A stretch of DNA of 62,426 nt, filler included. It is 4 parts of 4 records of this genome, joined end to end, with 100 filler letters (N's around TTAATTAATTAA, not from the genome) between each part and the next. Parts side by side here need not be neighbours in the genome. Positions count along the whole stretch, not along the records: positions 28,750 to 41,844 come from SRR20825019_822; positions 41,945 to 50,364 come from SRR20825019_824; 2 more parts are not named here. One strand, written 5' to 3'. Within the stretch, counting starts at the first letter, position 1; each line of letters begins with the position of its first letter. Below the pieces are notes generated by a model that saw nothing but the letters and a program-made list of their open reading frames with translations, was not told the DNA's origin and ran no database searches. This document shows positions 35,433 to 45,554 of this stretch, one piece after another. Both the position numbers and the translations under genes were made by a program.

Positions 35433-36581
35433 TTAACCTCTTGTTCTGCTACTCGTACTACTAGAGTTACCTCGGGAGGAACTTGTACTTACTTTACTAC
35501 TGCTTCGTGTAGGTGTACTAGACCTTTTTACGGTACTACTACGGCTCGTAACTTCTCTTTTTGGAGATTGAGTTGTATTTCGTGTTACAGAGCTGCTTCT
35601 TTGATTTGAAGGAGTGCTTCGTACTTGCTGTGTCTGAGAACTTCTTCCTGTTGAAACAGTTCGGGTGTTAGTATTGCTTCTAGTATTTGTACGTACTACA
35701 TTTTCACTGCGTGTGTTCTTCACGCTAGTTGTAGTGTTATTTCGGGTGTTAGCCGAGTTACGAACATTCGTTGCAGCGGTATTACTATTTCTAGTTACCG
35801 TGTTACGTGTATTGTTAGTTCGAACAGAAGTATTGTTTCGACCTGTTGAAGTAATCATGGTGTTTGTACGGTTTGGGTTGTAATTTTTGTTTACTGAAAC
35901 CCTTCCATTTTTATCGTAAACACGACTTCCTGGTCTGTAGAAATCTCTTCTACCGTTATTATACGCTGTACGATTTCTATTCTTATAGTAAACCACATGT
36001 TGGTGGTAGCTATAACGAATAGGGTTGTAATATCTTCTATAAGGAGTATCGTAAACTACACAGTGGCTATAAATAGGTCTTGCATAATACACATGCCAAG
36101 GGCGATATACATAATATGGGTTGAAAAAATTTATTGCTCCAGTTACGTGTGAAAAATACCCGTAGTTGTTATAAACTACATGTAAACCACCCACACGAAC
36201 AATGCGTCTATCGTTATATTGAATATCAACATTTCCTGCTTGCGCTATACGCCCGTATTCATCATAATAGATAGGAACACTTTCTATTTGTATTACTGCG
36301 CCATAATCATCGTATTGCACATAGGCTTCATAATCGTACCCAGAATTGAAACTTATGTTTACATTAGGAGAGCTGATTGCAACACGGGAACCTGATTGCG
36401 GTCCTACATATACAAAGTCAAATTGACCATCAGGAAAGATGGAGAATTCTACGTCGCCTTCAACAAAGATGTATGCGTTACCGTCATAACCTCTTCGGTT
36501 ATTGTTTTCGTCTTCAATGGAAGTTGCATTTGCTGAAAATCCCATTAAGAGGATGCTGAAAATAAATGCTATGTTTTTCAT
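35433..36581 (-). CDS. Secreted hypothetical protein with Tyr-rich core and Arg/Ser/Thr/Asn-rich disordered tail
   Basis: Signal peptide MKNIAFIFSILLMGFSANA, globular Tyr/Gly-rich domain, and ~150-aa basic low-complexity C-terminus. Confidence 0.85.
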   Translation of the reverse strand: MKNIAFIFSILLMGFSANATSIEDENNNRRGYDGNAYIFVEGDVEFSIFPDGQFDFVYVGPQSGSRVAISSPNVNISFNSGYDYEAYVQYDDYGAVIQIESVPIYYDEYGRIAQAGNVDIQYNDRRIVRVGGLHVVYNNYGYFSHVTGAINFFNPYYVYRPWHVYYARPIYSHCVVYDTPYRRYYNPIRYSYHQHVVYYKNRNRTAYNNGRRDFYRPGSRVYDKNGRVSVNKNYNPNRTNTMITSTGRNNTSVRTNNTRNTVTRNSNTAATNVRNSANTRNNTTTSVKNTRSENVVRTNTRSNTNTRTVSTGRSSQTQQVRSTPSNQRSSSVTRNTTQSPKREVTSRSSTVKRSSTPTRSSSKVSTSSSRGNSSSTSSRTRG

Positions 36582-36650
36582 AAGTTTCAAATTTTAAAGG
36601 TTTGTACTTGCTTTACTATTTTTTAGTAAGTTGTGTACGCTTATAAATAA

Positions 36651-36665
36651 CCAACGACCGTGCCA
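36651..36665 (-). promoter_or_regulatory. Sigma54-type -24/-12 promoter upstream of the 36581 gene
   Basis: TGGCAC-GGTCG-TTGG on the minus strand, with canonical -24/-12 spacing, ~70 nt upstream of the ATG. Confidence 0.6.
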
Positions 36666-36829
36666 TAATTTTAAAGTGCTGATTAACAGTGTGAAAATTC
36701 AAAAAAGCAGCTATTAAAACCCATGCTTCAAAACTTAAATAGCTAAAAATTTAATTTCTATTTCTTTTTTATTACATATGGAAAAGGGTTTTCCTTTGAA
36801 AATTATATTCGAAGAAAAAGCATACCAAC

Positions 36830-36905
36830 AAAAAATCCGCTGAAGTGTTTAATCACTTACAACGGATTTTTAAAACCAACCAAAAAAACTAAAATCTGTT
36901 TTCTG
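36830..36905 (-). ncRNA. Candidate sigma54-dependent small RNA (~75 nt)
   Basis: Lies between a TTGGCAC-AGTAA-TTGA promoter (36917-36932) and a hairpin with U-tract (36830-36871). Contains AGTTTTTTTGGTTGGTT and no ORF. Confidence 0.45.
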
Positions 36906-36916
36906 GTAGTGTATTT

Positions 36917-36932
36917 TCAATTACTGTGCCAA
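36917..36932 (-). promoter_or_regulatory. Sigma54-type -24/-12 promoter immediately downstream of the uvrA stop
   Basis: TTGGCACAGTAATTGA on the minus strand. Confidence 0.6.
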
Positions 36933-36943
36933 AAAGCGTAAAA

Positions 36944-39721
36944 TTAAATTTTCTCTCTCAAATATTCGGCAGTAAAAGATTCTTTGTTCTTGGCAATTTC
37001 TTCTGGAGTGCCTTCAGCAATTACTTGTCCACCGTTTTCACCACCTTCAGGGCCCAAATCAATAATATGATCTGCACACTTTATTAAATCTAAATTGTGC
37101 TCTACCACAATAACGGTATGGCCTCTATCTAACAAGGCATAAAAGGAAGCGAGCAATTTTTTAATATCGTGAAAGTGAAGCCCAGTTGTTGGTTCATCAA
37201 AAATAAAAACGGTTTTTTCTTTTGAAGTCCCTTTCACTAAAAACGAAGCAAGCTTTATACGCTGTGCCTCACCGCCTGAAAGCGTAGATGAGCTTTGCCC
37301 CAGTTGTACATAGCCAAGGCCAACATCTTGTAATGGTTGCAATTTTGCAGCAATCTTATTTTGCTTGTGTTCCCCAAAGAAAGCCACGGCATCATCAACG
37401 GTCATTGTTAGGATGTCGTCTATATTTTTATTTTGAAAAGTAACTTCAAGTACTTCTTTTTTGAAGCGTTTGCCATTGCAAGTATCGCACACCAAATGCA
37501 CATCGGCCATAAATTGCATTTCTATGGTTACTTCACCTTCTCCTTTACAGGTTTCACAGCGACCGCCATCTACGTTGAAAGAAAAATGTTTCGCTTTGTA
37601 GGCACGAATGTCTGAAAGTTTCTGTGAAGCATACAAATTACGAATATCATCGTATGCCTTTATATAAGTAACAGGATTGCTTCGGCTGGAACGACCAATA
37701 GGATTTTGGTCGATAAACTCAATACTTTTGATGGTGCCAAAATCTCCTTTTATTTCTGAAAACTGTCCAGGCTTTTCACCGTAACCGCCAATTTCCCGCA
37801 TAAGTGCAGGATAAAGAATTTTTTTAACTAAAGTACTCTTTCCACTTCCAGAAACACCTGTTACTGCTGTAAAAACATTAAGCGGAAAGGTTACATCTAT
37901 ATTTTTAAGATTATTCTGCCGCGCCCCAGATATGGTAATTTTGTTTTTTGAAGTACGTCGCTTTTTTGGGACTTCAATTTCCATTTCCCCATTTAAGTAT
38001 TTCGCGGTAAGGGATTCGGAACGCAATATTTCGGCATAATTTCCTTGTGCAACCACTTCGCCTCCATAAGTTCCCGCTTCGGGGCCAATGTCTATAATTT
38101 CATCGGCTGCTTTCATAATATCTTCATCGTGTTCAACCACAATTACTGTATTACCTATATCTCGCAATGCTTTTAAAACCACGATAAGCCTTTCTGTATC
38201 CTTTGGGTGAAGACCAATACTTGGTTCGTCTAAAATATACATAGAGCCCACAAGACTGCTTCCTAGTGAGGTTGCAAGGTTAATACGTTGCGATTCTCCT
38301 CCAGAAAGAGTATTTGATTTTCTGTTGAGTGTTAAATAACCCAAACCAACATCTCTTAAAAATCTGATTCTGTTGTTAATTTCAAGCAAAAGGCGCTTGG
38401 CAACATTCGCTTCATATTCTGGAAGTTCAAGGTTTTTAAAGAAAAAAGCCGCTTTATCTAAAGGTAATTCTACCAATTCTTGAATTGCGGTGCCGTTAAT
38501 TTTTACATAAGCAGCTTCAGGGCGAAGTCGTTTTCCTTTGCAAGTGGCACATTTTGTTTTTCCGCGATAGCGTGAAAGCATTACGCGATTTTGAATTTTA
38601 TAGCTTTTGGATTCTAAAAACGAAAAGAATGAATTCAATCCCTCAAAATAACTATTTCCATCCCAAACCAATTGTTTTTGCGCATCGGTAAGCTGAAACC
38701 AAGGTTTGTGAATTGGAAAATCAAATTTATAAGCATTGTTTACAAGCTGATCTCTATACCAACTCATGCTATCTCCACGCCACGGAAATATAGCGTTTTC
38801 ATAAATGGAAAGCGCTGTATTTGGAATTACTAAGTCTTCATCAATACCAATAACATCGCCATAACCTTCACAAACAGGACACGCTCCATACGGATTATTG
38901 AAGCTAAAAAGATGCACATTTGGCTCCATAAACAACATGCCATCTGCTTCAAAGCGGTTGTTGAATTCAGTAATTGTTTTTGAAGAAAGCGTTTCAATAT
39001 ACAATTCTCCTTTTCCTTCGAAAAAGGCTATTTCAATTGCATCGGCAAGGCGGTTGTAAAAATCTTCTTCATCTTTTGTGATGATGCGGTCTACAACCAA
39101 ATCAATTTTCTCTGGAAAAGATTTCTTATTAATTTCATCAATTCGTACTACTTCGCCATCAATTTTTACTCTGGAATATCCTTGTTGCGCCAAGGCATTT
39201 ATTTTGTTTTCCATAGTCCGTCCTTCTTCCAAATGAATAGGAGCGAGAAGAAGGAGTTTTTCGCCGTCAGGAAAGTTTTTTATGAAATTTATAACATCAG
39301 TTGTAGTATCTTTTTTTACTTCTTTACCAGAAACCGGTGAAATGGTTTTTCCGATTCGGGCGTAAAGTAATTTCAAATAATCGTATAACTCCGTAGAGGT
39401 ACCTACTGTAGATCTGGGGTTTGTAGAATTTACTTTTTGCTCTATTGCAATGGCTGGCGCAATACCTTTTATGGAGTCTACTTTTGGTTTATCTAGCCTT
39501 CCTAAAAACTGTCGTGCATAGCTGGAAAGGCTTTCTACGTAGCGTCTTTGGCCTTCTGCATATAGTGTATCGAAAGCAAGGCTAGATTTTCCACTCCCAG
39601 AAAGACCGGTAATAACGACCAATTTATTGCGAGGAATGGCAACCGTAATATTTTTAAGATTATGAAGTTTAGCTCCTTGAATGAGGATGCTTTTTTTGGT
39701 ATCTACTGTTTCCGTATTCAA
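36944..39721 (-). CDS. uvrA: Excinuclease ABC subunit A
   Basis: Two Walker A motifs ([18 protein letters not shown]), LSGGE signatures, Zn-finger CxxC pairs and FSFN motifs; TTG start. Confidence 0.97.
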   Translation of the reverse strand: MNTETVDTKKSILIQGAKLHNLKNITVAIPRNKLVVITGLSGSGKSSLAFDTLYAEGQRRYVESLSSYARQFLGRLDKPKVDSIKGIAPAIAIEQKVNSTNPRSTVGTSTELYDYLKLLYARIGKTISPVSGKEVKKDTTTDVINFIKNFPDGEKLLLLAPIHLEEGRTMENKINALAQQGYSRVKIDGEVVRIDEINKKSFPEKIDLVVDRIITKDEEDFYNRLADAIEIAFFEGKGELYIETLSSKTITEFNNRFEADGMLFMEPNVHLFSFNNPYGACPVCEGYGDVIGIDEDLVIPNTALSIYENAIFPWRGDSMSWYRDQLVNNAYKFDFPIHKPWFQLTDAQKQLVWDGNSYFEGLNSFFSFLESKSYKIQNRVMLSRYRGKTKCATCKGKRLRPEAAYVKINGTAIQELVELPLDKAAFFFKNLELPEYEANVAKRLLLEINNRIRFLRDVGLGYLTLNRKSNTLSGGESQRINLATSLGSSLVGSMYILDEPSIGLHPKDTERLIVVLKALRDIGNTVIVVEHDEDIMKAADEIIDIGPEAGTYGGEVVAQGNYAEILRSESLTAKYLNGEMEIEVPKKRRTSKNKITISGARQNNLKNIDVTFPLNVFTAVTGVSGSGKSTLVKKILYPALMREIGGYGEKPGQFSEIKGDFGTIKSIEFIDQNPIGRSSRSNPVTYIKAYDDIRNLYASQKLSDIRAYKAKHFSFNVDGGRCETCKGEGEVTIEMQFMADVHLVCDTCNGKRFKKEVLEVTFQNKNIDDILTMTVDDAVAFFGEHKQNKIAAKLQPLQDVGLGYVQLGQSSSTLSGGEAQRIKLASFLVKGTSKEKTVFIFDEPTTGLHFHDIKKLLASFYALLDRGHTVIVVEHNLDLIKCADHIIDLGPEGGENGGQVIAEGTPEEIAKNKESFTAEYLREKI

Positions 39722-39748
39722 TTTTTTTCTCCTTTCTAATAGCTTTTA

Positions 39749-39756
39749 CAAAGATA
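39749..39756 (-). promoter_or_regulatory. Bacteroidetes-type -7 promoter element for uvrA
   Basis: TATCTTTG about 28 nt upstream of the start codon. Confidence 0.6.
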
Positions 39757-39975
39757 CTATATCAGTTTCATCAAAGCACATTTGGAGTTATTATTATTAA
39801 TTTATAGAAAAATTTAACCTTTTTTTTGCATTTGTGATTTCTTTGTTGTTATATTTACGGCTCTTAACGTCATTTAAAAAAAATATTGCCTATAGCTGAT
39901 CTTTACTTTTAACAAATAAACATTTTAATCAAGCAACCTAGTCTCTAGTTGTTTATTTTTTAAAAAAGTATTGAT

Positions 39976-40560
39976 ATGAAGCAAAGCAATAGCTCTGACG
40001 CGTTTCTAGTGAACGCCTATATTAACGGTGACGAATCTGCACTTGGTGAACTTATTATACGCCATAAGCAACGAATCTACAGTTTTATTTACTCCAAAGT
40101 ATTTGATAGAGATGTCTCTGAAGACATTTTTCAAGACACTTTCATTAAAGTTATTCGAACTTTAAAAAGAGGTGCGTACAATGAGGAAGGAAAATTTCTA
40201 CCTTGGGTTATGCGTATCGCCCATAATTTGGTGATAGATCACTTCAGAAAAAACAACCGCATGCCCAAATTTGAAAACAATACTGATTTTAATATATTTT
40301 CAGTGTTGAGTGATAATGCCCTAAATATTGAAAAACAAATGATAAAAGGGCAGGTTGAAAACGATGTAAGAAGATTGATTCAAGAACTGCCAGATGACCA
40401 AAAAGAAGTCTTAATGATGCGAATTTATAAAGACATGAGTTTTAAGGAAATTAGTGAGCAAACAGGTGTTAGTATCAATACTGCACTGGGAAGAATGCGT
40501 TACGCACTTATTAATTTGCGTAAAGTAATTGATAAACATAATATTATATTAACAAATTAA
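39976..40560 (+). CDS. ECF sigma-70 factor
   Basis: Region 2 EDIFQDTFIKV..FLPWVMRIAHNLVIDHFRK and region 4 LPDDQKEV..MSFKEIS..GVSINT. Confidence 0.95.
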   Translation: MKQSNSSDAFLVNAYINGDESALGELIIRHKQRIYSFIYSKVFDRDVSEDIFQDTFIKVIRTLKRGAYNEEGKFLPWVMRIAHNLVIDHFRKNNRMPKFENNTDFNIFSVLSDNALNIEKQMIKGQVENDVRRLIQELPDDQKEVLMMRIYKDMSFKEISEQTGVSINTALGRMRYALINLRKVIDKHNIILTN

Positions 40561-40617
40561 TACAATAATATAATTTTTGCGACGTTATTTGAAAATAAAC
40601 CTCGAAATAACAACTCT

Positions 40618-40770
40618 ATGCAAAAATTTTACTCTGAAACATCACGTGTGGACGACGTGAATAAAAAACTTGTTCCAAAAGAGGAAACTATAAAATTTCT
40701 TCTGGATTACTCAATGGCTTTAAGTGTTATAGATTATAATAAATTGAAGTTTGAAGCGCTTCTAAACTAA
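40618..40770 (+). CDS. 50-aa small protein downstream of the ECF sigma (absent from ORF track)
   Basis: ATG 40618 to TAA 40770 encodes MQKFYSETSRVDDVNKKLVPKEETIKFLLDYSMALSVIDYNKLKFEALLN; it lies between the sigma gene and the terminator. Confidence 0.7.
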   Translation: MQKFYSETSRVDDVNKKLVPKEETIKFLLDYSMALSVIDYNKLKFEALLN

Positions 40771-40777
40771 ACTTTGG

Positions 40778-40811
40778 AAAGACCCTGAAATTAACGTTTC
40801 AGGGTTTTTTG
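40778..40811. terminator. Intrinsic terminator after the ECF sigma and small ORF
   Basis: ACCCTGAAA-TTAACG-TTTCAGGGT stem followed by a T tract. Confidence 0.9.
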
Positions 40812-40835
40812 TTTTTAAACCGTTCGGTCTAAAAT

Positions 40836-41492
40836 TCATTTTTTCTTCATTAAATAGTCATTAATAACCGTTTTTCTACCAATAGTTTTGGTAATTATAT
40901 CCTTTTCCAAATCCCAGCCTCGCGCTGGAGAATATTGCCTTCCATACCAAATAATTTGAAGGTGAAGCCTATTCCATAAATCTCTTGGAAACAAACGTTT
41001 TGCATCTTTTTCTGTTTGTACTACGTTTTTACCATTTGTAAATCCCCAGCGGTACATTAGTCTATGAATGTGCGTATCTACAGGGAAAGCTGGAACATTA
41101 AATGCCTGACTCATAACCACACTTGCCGTTTTATGGCCAACGGCAGGAAATGATTCTAAAGCTTCAAAATCTGCTGGTAAGATTCCATTGTGTTTTTCTA
41201 TAAGCATTTTTGAAAGTCCATGAATTCCTTTAGATTTCATCGGTGATAGCCCAACGGGTTTTATGATTTCCCTAATTTCTTCTACAGAAAGTTTTACCAT
41301 ATCGTAGGGATTGTCTGCAACTTCAAAAAGTAAAGGCGTTATTTTGTTTACCCTAACATCTGTGCTTTGAGCAGAAAGTAGCACAGCAATAAGCAATGTG
41401 TACGGGTCTTTATGATCTAAAGGAATTGGAATTTGAGGATAAATTTCATTTAATGTATCAATTACAAAAACTACCTTTTCTTGCTTGGTCAT
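40836..41492 (-). CDS. nth: Endonuclease III (HhH-GPD glycosylase) lacking the C-terminal 4Fe-4S Cys motif
   Basis: LLIAVLLSAQSTDVRVN, HhH PAVGHKTA (catalytic Lys) and FPVDTHIHR (catalytic Asp). The translated protein contains no Cys. Confidence 0.9.
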   Translation of the reverse strand: MTKQEKVVFVIDTLNEIYPQIPIPLDHKDPYTLLIAVLLSAQSTDVRVNKITPLLFEVADNPYDMVKLSVEEIREIIKPVGLSPMKSKGIHGLSKMLIEKHNGILPADFEALESFPAVGHKTASVVMSQAFNVPAFPVDTHIHRLMYRWGFTNGKNVVQTEKDAKRLFPRDLWNRLHLQIIWYGRQYSPARGWDLEKDIITKTIGRKTVINDYLMKKK

Positions 41493-41523
41493 TTTTAAGT
41501 ATTTTTATGCAAAAATAAGGATT

Positions 41524-41844
41524 ATGAAAACATTACAAGCAGGGGATAAGGCTCCATCTTTTACAGTAAACGATCAGGATGGAAATAGTATTTCTTCAGA
41601 AGATTATAAAGGGAAGAAATGGGTTGTTTTTTTCTATCCAAAAGCGAGTACTCCAGGTTGTACAACCGAAGCGTGTAACCTTCGCGATAATTATGAAGAA
41701 TTACAACAACAAGGTTATGAGTTGCTGGGTGTAAGTGCTGATAGCGAAAAAAGACAAAAAAACTTTAAAGAAAAATACCGTTTTCCGTTTCCATTATTGG
41801 CAGATGAAAACAAAGAAGTTATAAACGCTTTTGGTGTTTGGGGA
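41524..41844 (+). CDS. bcp: Thioredoxin-dependent thiol peroxidase (BCP/PrxQ), truncated by contig edge
   Basis: FFYPKASTPGCTTEACNLRD, GVSAD and FPLLAD. Confidence 0.95.
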
Positions 41845-41944
41845 NNNNNNNNNNNNNNNNNNNNNNNNNNNNNNNNNNNNNNNNNNNNTTAATTAATTAA
41901 NNNNNNNNNNNNNNNNNNNNNNNNNNNNNNNNNNNNNNNNNNNN
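41845..41944. other. Artificial contig linker
   Basis: N-run with TTAATTAATTAA. Confidence 0.99.
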
Positions 41945-41976
41945 GGCGATACATTGTCAGAGGCAAAATTCATCAT
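41945..41976 (-). CDS. 5' stub of a second threonine aldolase-family gene (MMNFASDNVS), truncated
   Basis: The minus strand reads ATGATGAATTTTGCCTCTGACAATGTATCG, the same MNFxSDN start as the upstream gene. Confidence 0.65.
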
Positions 41977-42097
41977 CTATCTCGCAAATAATTTGGTGGC
42001 GCACAGCACTTGAACAAAATGCTATCGCGTTTTGGTATGATAAGGGACGTTATCACACGCAATCCTTGATCAAGGCAAAAGGCATTCGCCGGTGATT

Positions 42098-43120
42098 TCA
42101 GGAATTGATGGATTTCGGGATATCACGGATCAAATCAATCGGGCTGTTCCACGCGCAGACAAACCGATAGGCATCCGGCCCGATAGACGCCCAAGGACGA
42201 AACACAATACCGGCGTCGCGCAGGCTTTGGTCAAGTTCGTCCTTCATATGAATGAAAAGCTCATTGCCTTGTGGCGTAAAGGCGGCCTTTGCACCGATGC
42301 TTTCAAGAGCATGCTGTAACGCAATGGCGGCCTCATTGGCGTGCCGCGCATTACGCAACCACAGATCATCTTTAAGATAGGCCAGAAGTTGGGCGGCAAG
42401 ATAACGGTGCTTGGAGAACAGGTGCCCGCCGCGCTTACGGCTTTTTTCGGTATGAAGGCGCAACTCGCGATCAAACAGAACAATGGCATCGACCGCCAGC
42501 GCACCGTTTTTGGTCGCCCCGAAACTTAAAACATCTACACCTGCTTTCCACGTGATGTCGGCAGGATGGCAATCCAGCGTTGCCACCGCATTGGCGAAAC
42601 GTGCCCCGTCCATGAACAAGCGCATGTCATGCTTTTGGCAGGTTTTGCCAATGGCCTGCACTTCATCAACGTTATAGACGGTACCAAATTCGGTGGTTTG
42701 GGTGATCGCAACGCATTCCGGATCGACCGAATGCATGCCATTGGGGCTATGTGCGCGCAGAAAGGCATCCAGAGTATCAGCCTCAATCTTCGCAGATGGC
42801 CCATCAATACCAAGAAGCTTTGCACCCCCGCCATAAAACGCCACGCCGGTTGATTCCGTCATATTGATATGGGCGCGATGGTGGCAAACAACCCCGCCAA
42901 AGGGGGAAACCAACCCGGACAGCCCGATCAGATTGGCTGCCGTTCCGGTGGCGACCGGAACAACGCAAACATCGGTACCAAACAATTCGGAAAAGGCAGC
43001 ATCAAGCTGTTGGCTTTTGTCATCCGCGCCATAGGGAAGGGCCGCGTGATCACTTTCGGCCGCAATGGCGTTCAGGATTTCCGGACAGATTGGCGTAACA
43101 TTGTCGGATGAAAAATTCAT
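42098..43120 (-). CDS. ltaE: Low-specificity L-threonine aldolase family (alternative start 43168)
   Basis: MNFSSDN, YGAD, TGTAAN, HINMTE, MDGARFANA and SFGATKNG (PLP lysine). Confidence 0.9.
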   Translation of the reverse strand: MNFSSDNVTPICPEILNAIAAESDHAALPYGADDKSQQLDAAFSELFGTDVCVVPVATGTAANLIGLSGLVSPFGGVVCHHRAHINMTESTGVAFYGGGAKLLGIDGPSAKIEADTLDAFLRAHSPNGMHSVDPECVAITQTTEFGTVYNVDEVQAIGKTCQKHDMRLFMDGARFANAVATLDCHPADITWKAGVDVLSFGATKNGALAVDAIVLFDRELRLHTEKSRKRGGHLFSKHRYLAAQLLAYLKDDLWLRNARHANEAAIALQHALESIGAKAAFTPQGNELFIHMKDELDQSLRDAGIVFRPWASIGPDAYRFVCAWNSPIDLIRDIPKSINS

Positions 43121-43238
43121 CGGGGCCTCATTATCGCTGTGGGGCATTTGGGGCGGCTGTATTGGCATCGTGTTTGAAGTGGTGTCGTGACGGATGCCGT
43201 TGCAGAGTGTTGCGATTTAACTCTTTTGGCAAGAGACG

Positions 43239-45521
43239 CTATTTGGATGTCGCAACAAAAACACCGTCCCAATCGGCGGGCGGTGGTGTTTGTTTAAAGA
43301 TATCGATACGGCCAAGATACATATCATAAAGGCCCGCCAACGCCCCGACACCGCGCGATGCATCACGGCATTGCGCGATCAGATCTATGGCCGCGTCCCA
43401 GTTCCGTTGGCGATAGGCCACAAGCATTTCTTTGTGTAGCGTTTGGCAATTCTGGAATGCGTCGGAACCATAAAGTATGCCGTCGCCTAGCAGGGCATAG
43501 ATATGCACAGCTTCGCTTTTGCCTTTTACCGCAATCAGATCAAGCTCAAGAATGGCAAATTCACGCTCAACCCGCTTGGCGACTTCTTCGCCCAAAACGA
43601 TATCGACACCGTAATTCTTTGACTGGCCTTCAAGGCGGGCAGCAAGATTGACTGCATCGCCAAGGACGGAATAATCAAACCGTTGATCCGATCCCATATT
43701 GCCGACAAGACAATCACCGCAATTAATTCCAACCCCGACATTCAGCGGCAGGAACGGCGTATCATCCTGTTTGGCTTCCGCCAACCGTTCTGTATTGAGC
43801 ACATCAAGTGCATGTCGCATGGCAAGTGCACTGTCGCAGGCATGATGGGCGTGGTTTTCAACATCAAGTGGCGCATTCCAGAACGCCATGATGCAGTCAC
43901 CCATATATTTATCAATCGTGCCTTCACGATTAAGGATGCAGTCGCTGAGCGGTGTCAAAAGGCGGTTGATCAGACGCGTCAAGCCTTGCGGATTGGATTT
44001 GAACCCTTCGGAGATCGAGGTAAATCCACGCACGTCACAAAACATCAACGTCATGTCACGGGTTTCACCGCCAAGTTTAAGTCGTTCGGGGTGGCGGGAC
44101 AGTTCATTGACCAAGGCCGGGGACAGGTAGTTGCCAAATGCAGTACGGACCTGACGGCGTTCGCCTTCGGTGCGCATAAAGCCAATGGAACTGGTGGCAA
44201 GGTAAACTGCAAGCAAGCTGATCAACGGATAAACCGGATCAATCAGAAGGAGCCTGGTTTCATAGGCCCACCATGAAAACCCGAATGCCCCGAACGCAAG
44301 TGTGCCACCAATCAATGCCGGCCAGACTGCACCCAAGCGGGGAACGCTCATGACAAAGAACAACCCAAGCAACAGCAAAACAAGCATCTCGGTTTCCGCC
44401 GCCCAATAGGGCCGGGTCAGGAAATGCTCCAGCAACATTTGTTCAAGCATCTCGGCATGGATTTCAACGCCGGGAAGAACAGGATCAAGCGGCGTGGATC
44501 TAAGATCCAGCAATCCTGCCGCACTGGTGCCAATCAGAACAAAGGTATCGCGTAAGCTACCCTGTGGAAGGCTGTCATTCATCACGTCGGCAGCCGAGAA
44601 ATAGCGTGCCTTTTGATTGCCGCTGAAATGCACCCACATGTTTCCGGCGTGATCGGTTGGAATGGTAATCTTCCCGACCCGGATGGCCTCGATACCTTCG
44701 GACTGGGTCCAGCGTGTGCTGCCACTGGCACCGGACATCCGGACATTCATTGTATGGGGTGCATCCTGAAGAACGCGCAGCATTTCTAACGATAATGTCG
44801 GATATACCGGCATGCCAATGACCGGCAGGGGATGATCCAGTGCCGCAAGCAACGGCACACGTCGCACAATCCCGTCCTGTTCCGGTGAAACATTGACCAG
44901 CGCATTGCCACTTGCGGCATTTTCAATAACCTCAAGATTTTTGGCCGCACCGGGCAAAACCGCAATGAAATCGGAAAGCTTACGACCTGCTTCGCCAGAG
45001 ACACTAAAATTACCCACCTGGCGGGGCGGGCTATCAACGCTTTTGTTGGTCAACTGAACCGCGGTAACGACCTGTCCTGTGCCGCGAATGAACTGGGCAA
45101 ACAGGTTGTCATGGTCGGGCAGAGTTTCGGCAAGTTTGGTGATTTCATCAATTTCGCGGCCCTTGGGCCAGTCTTGGACAACCCGGGCAGGTGATGTGCG
45201 ATCAGGTTCGGCAAAAACCACGTCAAACCCGACAACCTGTGCCCCCGCCGAGCGTAACCGATAAACAAGGCCGGCCAGTCGGGTGCGCGGCCAGGGCCAT
45301 TGCCCCATTTCTTCAAGACTGCGTTCATCAATATCAATAATCCGCACCCCGACATCTTCAAAGGGGCGCGGCGAAACACGCTGATAGGTATCAAAGACAT
45401 TCAGACGTAACTGATCAATAAACGGCACATCCTGCCAACGCATGAAAATGCAGCTCAGCAATATACCCAATGGGATCAGGTAATGCAGAACGCGCAGCAG
45501 GTTGGTTTTGGTCAGACGCAT
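43239..45521 (-). CDS. CHASE2-domain class III adenylate cyclase
   Basis: N-terminal TM, CHASE2 (IIDIDERSL..GQWPWPR, DGIVRR, PGVEIHA), three TMs, then cyclase motifs FCDVRGFT, IDKYMGD and DYSVLGDAVNLAARLE with the Lys/Asp pair typical of ATP specificity. Confidence 0.95.
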   Translation of the reverse strand: MRLTKTNLLRVLHYLIPLGILLSCIFMRWQDVPFIDQLRLNVFDTYQRVSPRPFEDVGVRIIDIDERSLEEMGQWPWPRTRLAGLVYRLRSAGAQVVGFDVVFAEPDRTSPARVVQDWPKGREIDEITKLAETLPDHDNLFAQFIRGTGQVVTAVQLTNKSVDSPPRQVGNFSVSGEAGRKLSDFIAVLPGAAKNLEVIENAASGNALVNVSPEQDGIVRRVPLLAALDHPLPVIGMPVYPTLSLEMLRVLQDAPHTMNVRMSGASGSTRWTQSEGIEAIRVGKITIPTDHAGNMWVHFSGNQKARYFSAADVMNDSLPQGSLRDTFVLIGTSAAGLLDLRSTPLDPVLPGVEIHAEMLEQMLLEHFLTRPYWAAETEMLVLLLLGLFFVMSVPRLGAVWPALIGGTLAFGAFGFSWWAYETRLLLIDPVYPLISLLAVYLATSSIGFMRTEGERRQVRTAFGNYLSPALVNELSRHPERLKLGGETRDMTLMFCDVRGFTSISEGFKSNPQGLTRLINRLLTPLSDCILNREGTIDKYMGDCIMAFWNAPLDVENHAHHACDSALAMRHALDVLNTERLAEAKQDDTPFLPLNVGVGINCGDCLVGNMGSDQRFDYSVLGDAVNLAARLEGQSKNYGVDIVLGEEVAKRVEREFAILELDLIAVKGKSEAVHIYALLGDGILYGSDAFQNCQTLHKEMLVAYRQRNWDAAIDLIAQCRDASRGVGALAGLYDMYLGRIDIFKQTPPPADWDGVFVATSK

Positions 45522-45554
45522 GGGTGGGGTTTTCGTTTGCCAGCCAATTTCTGA

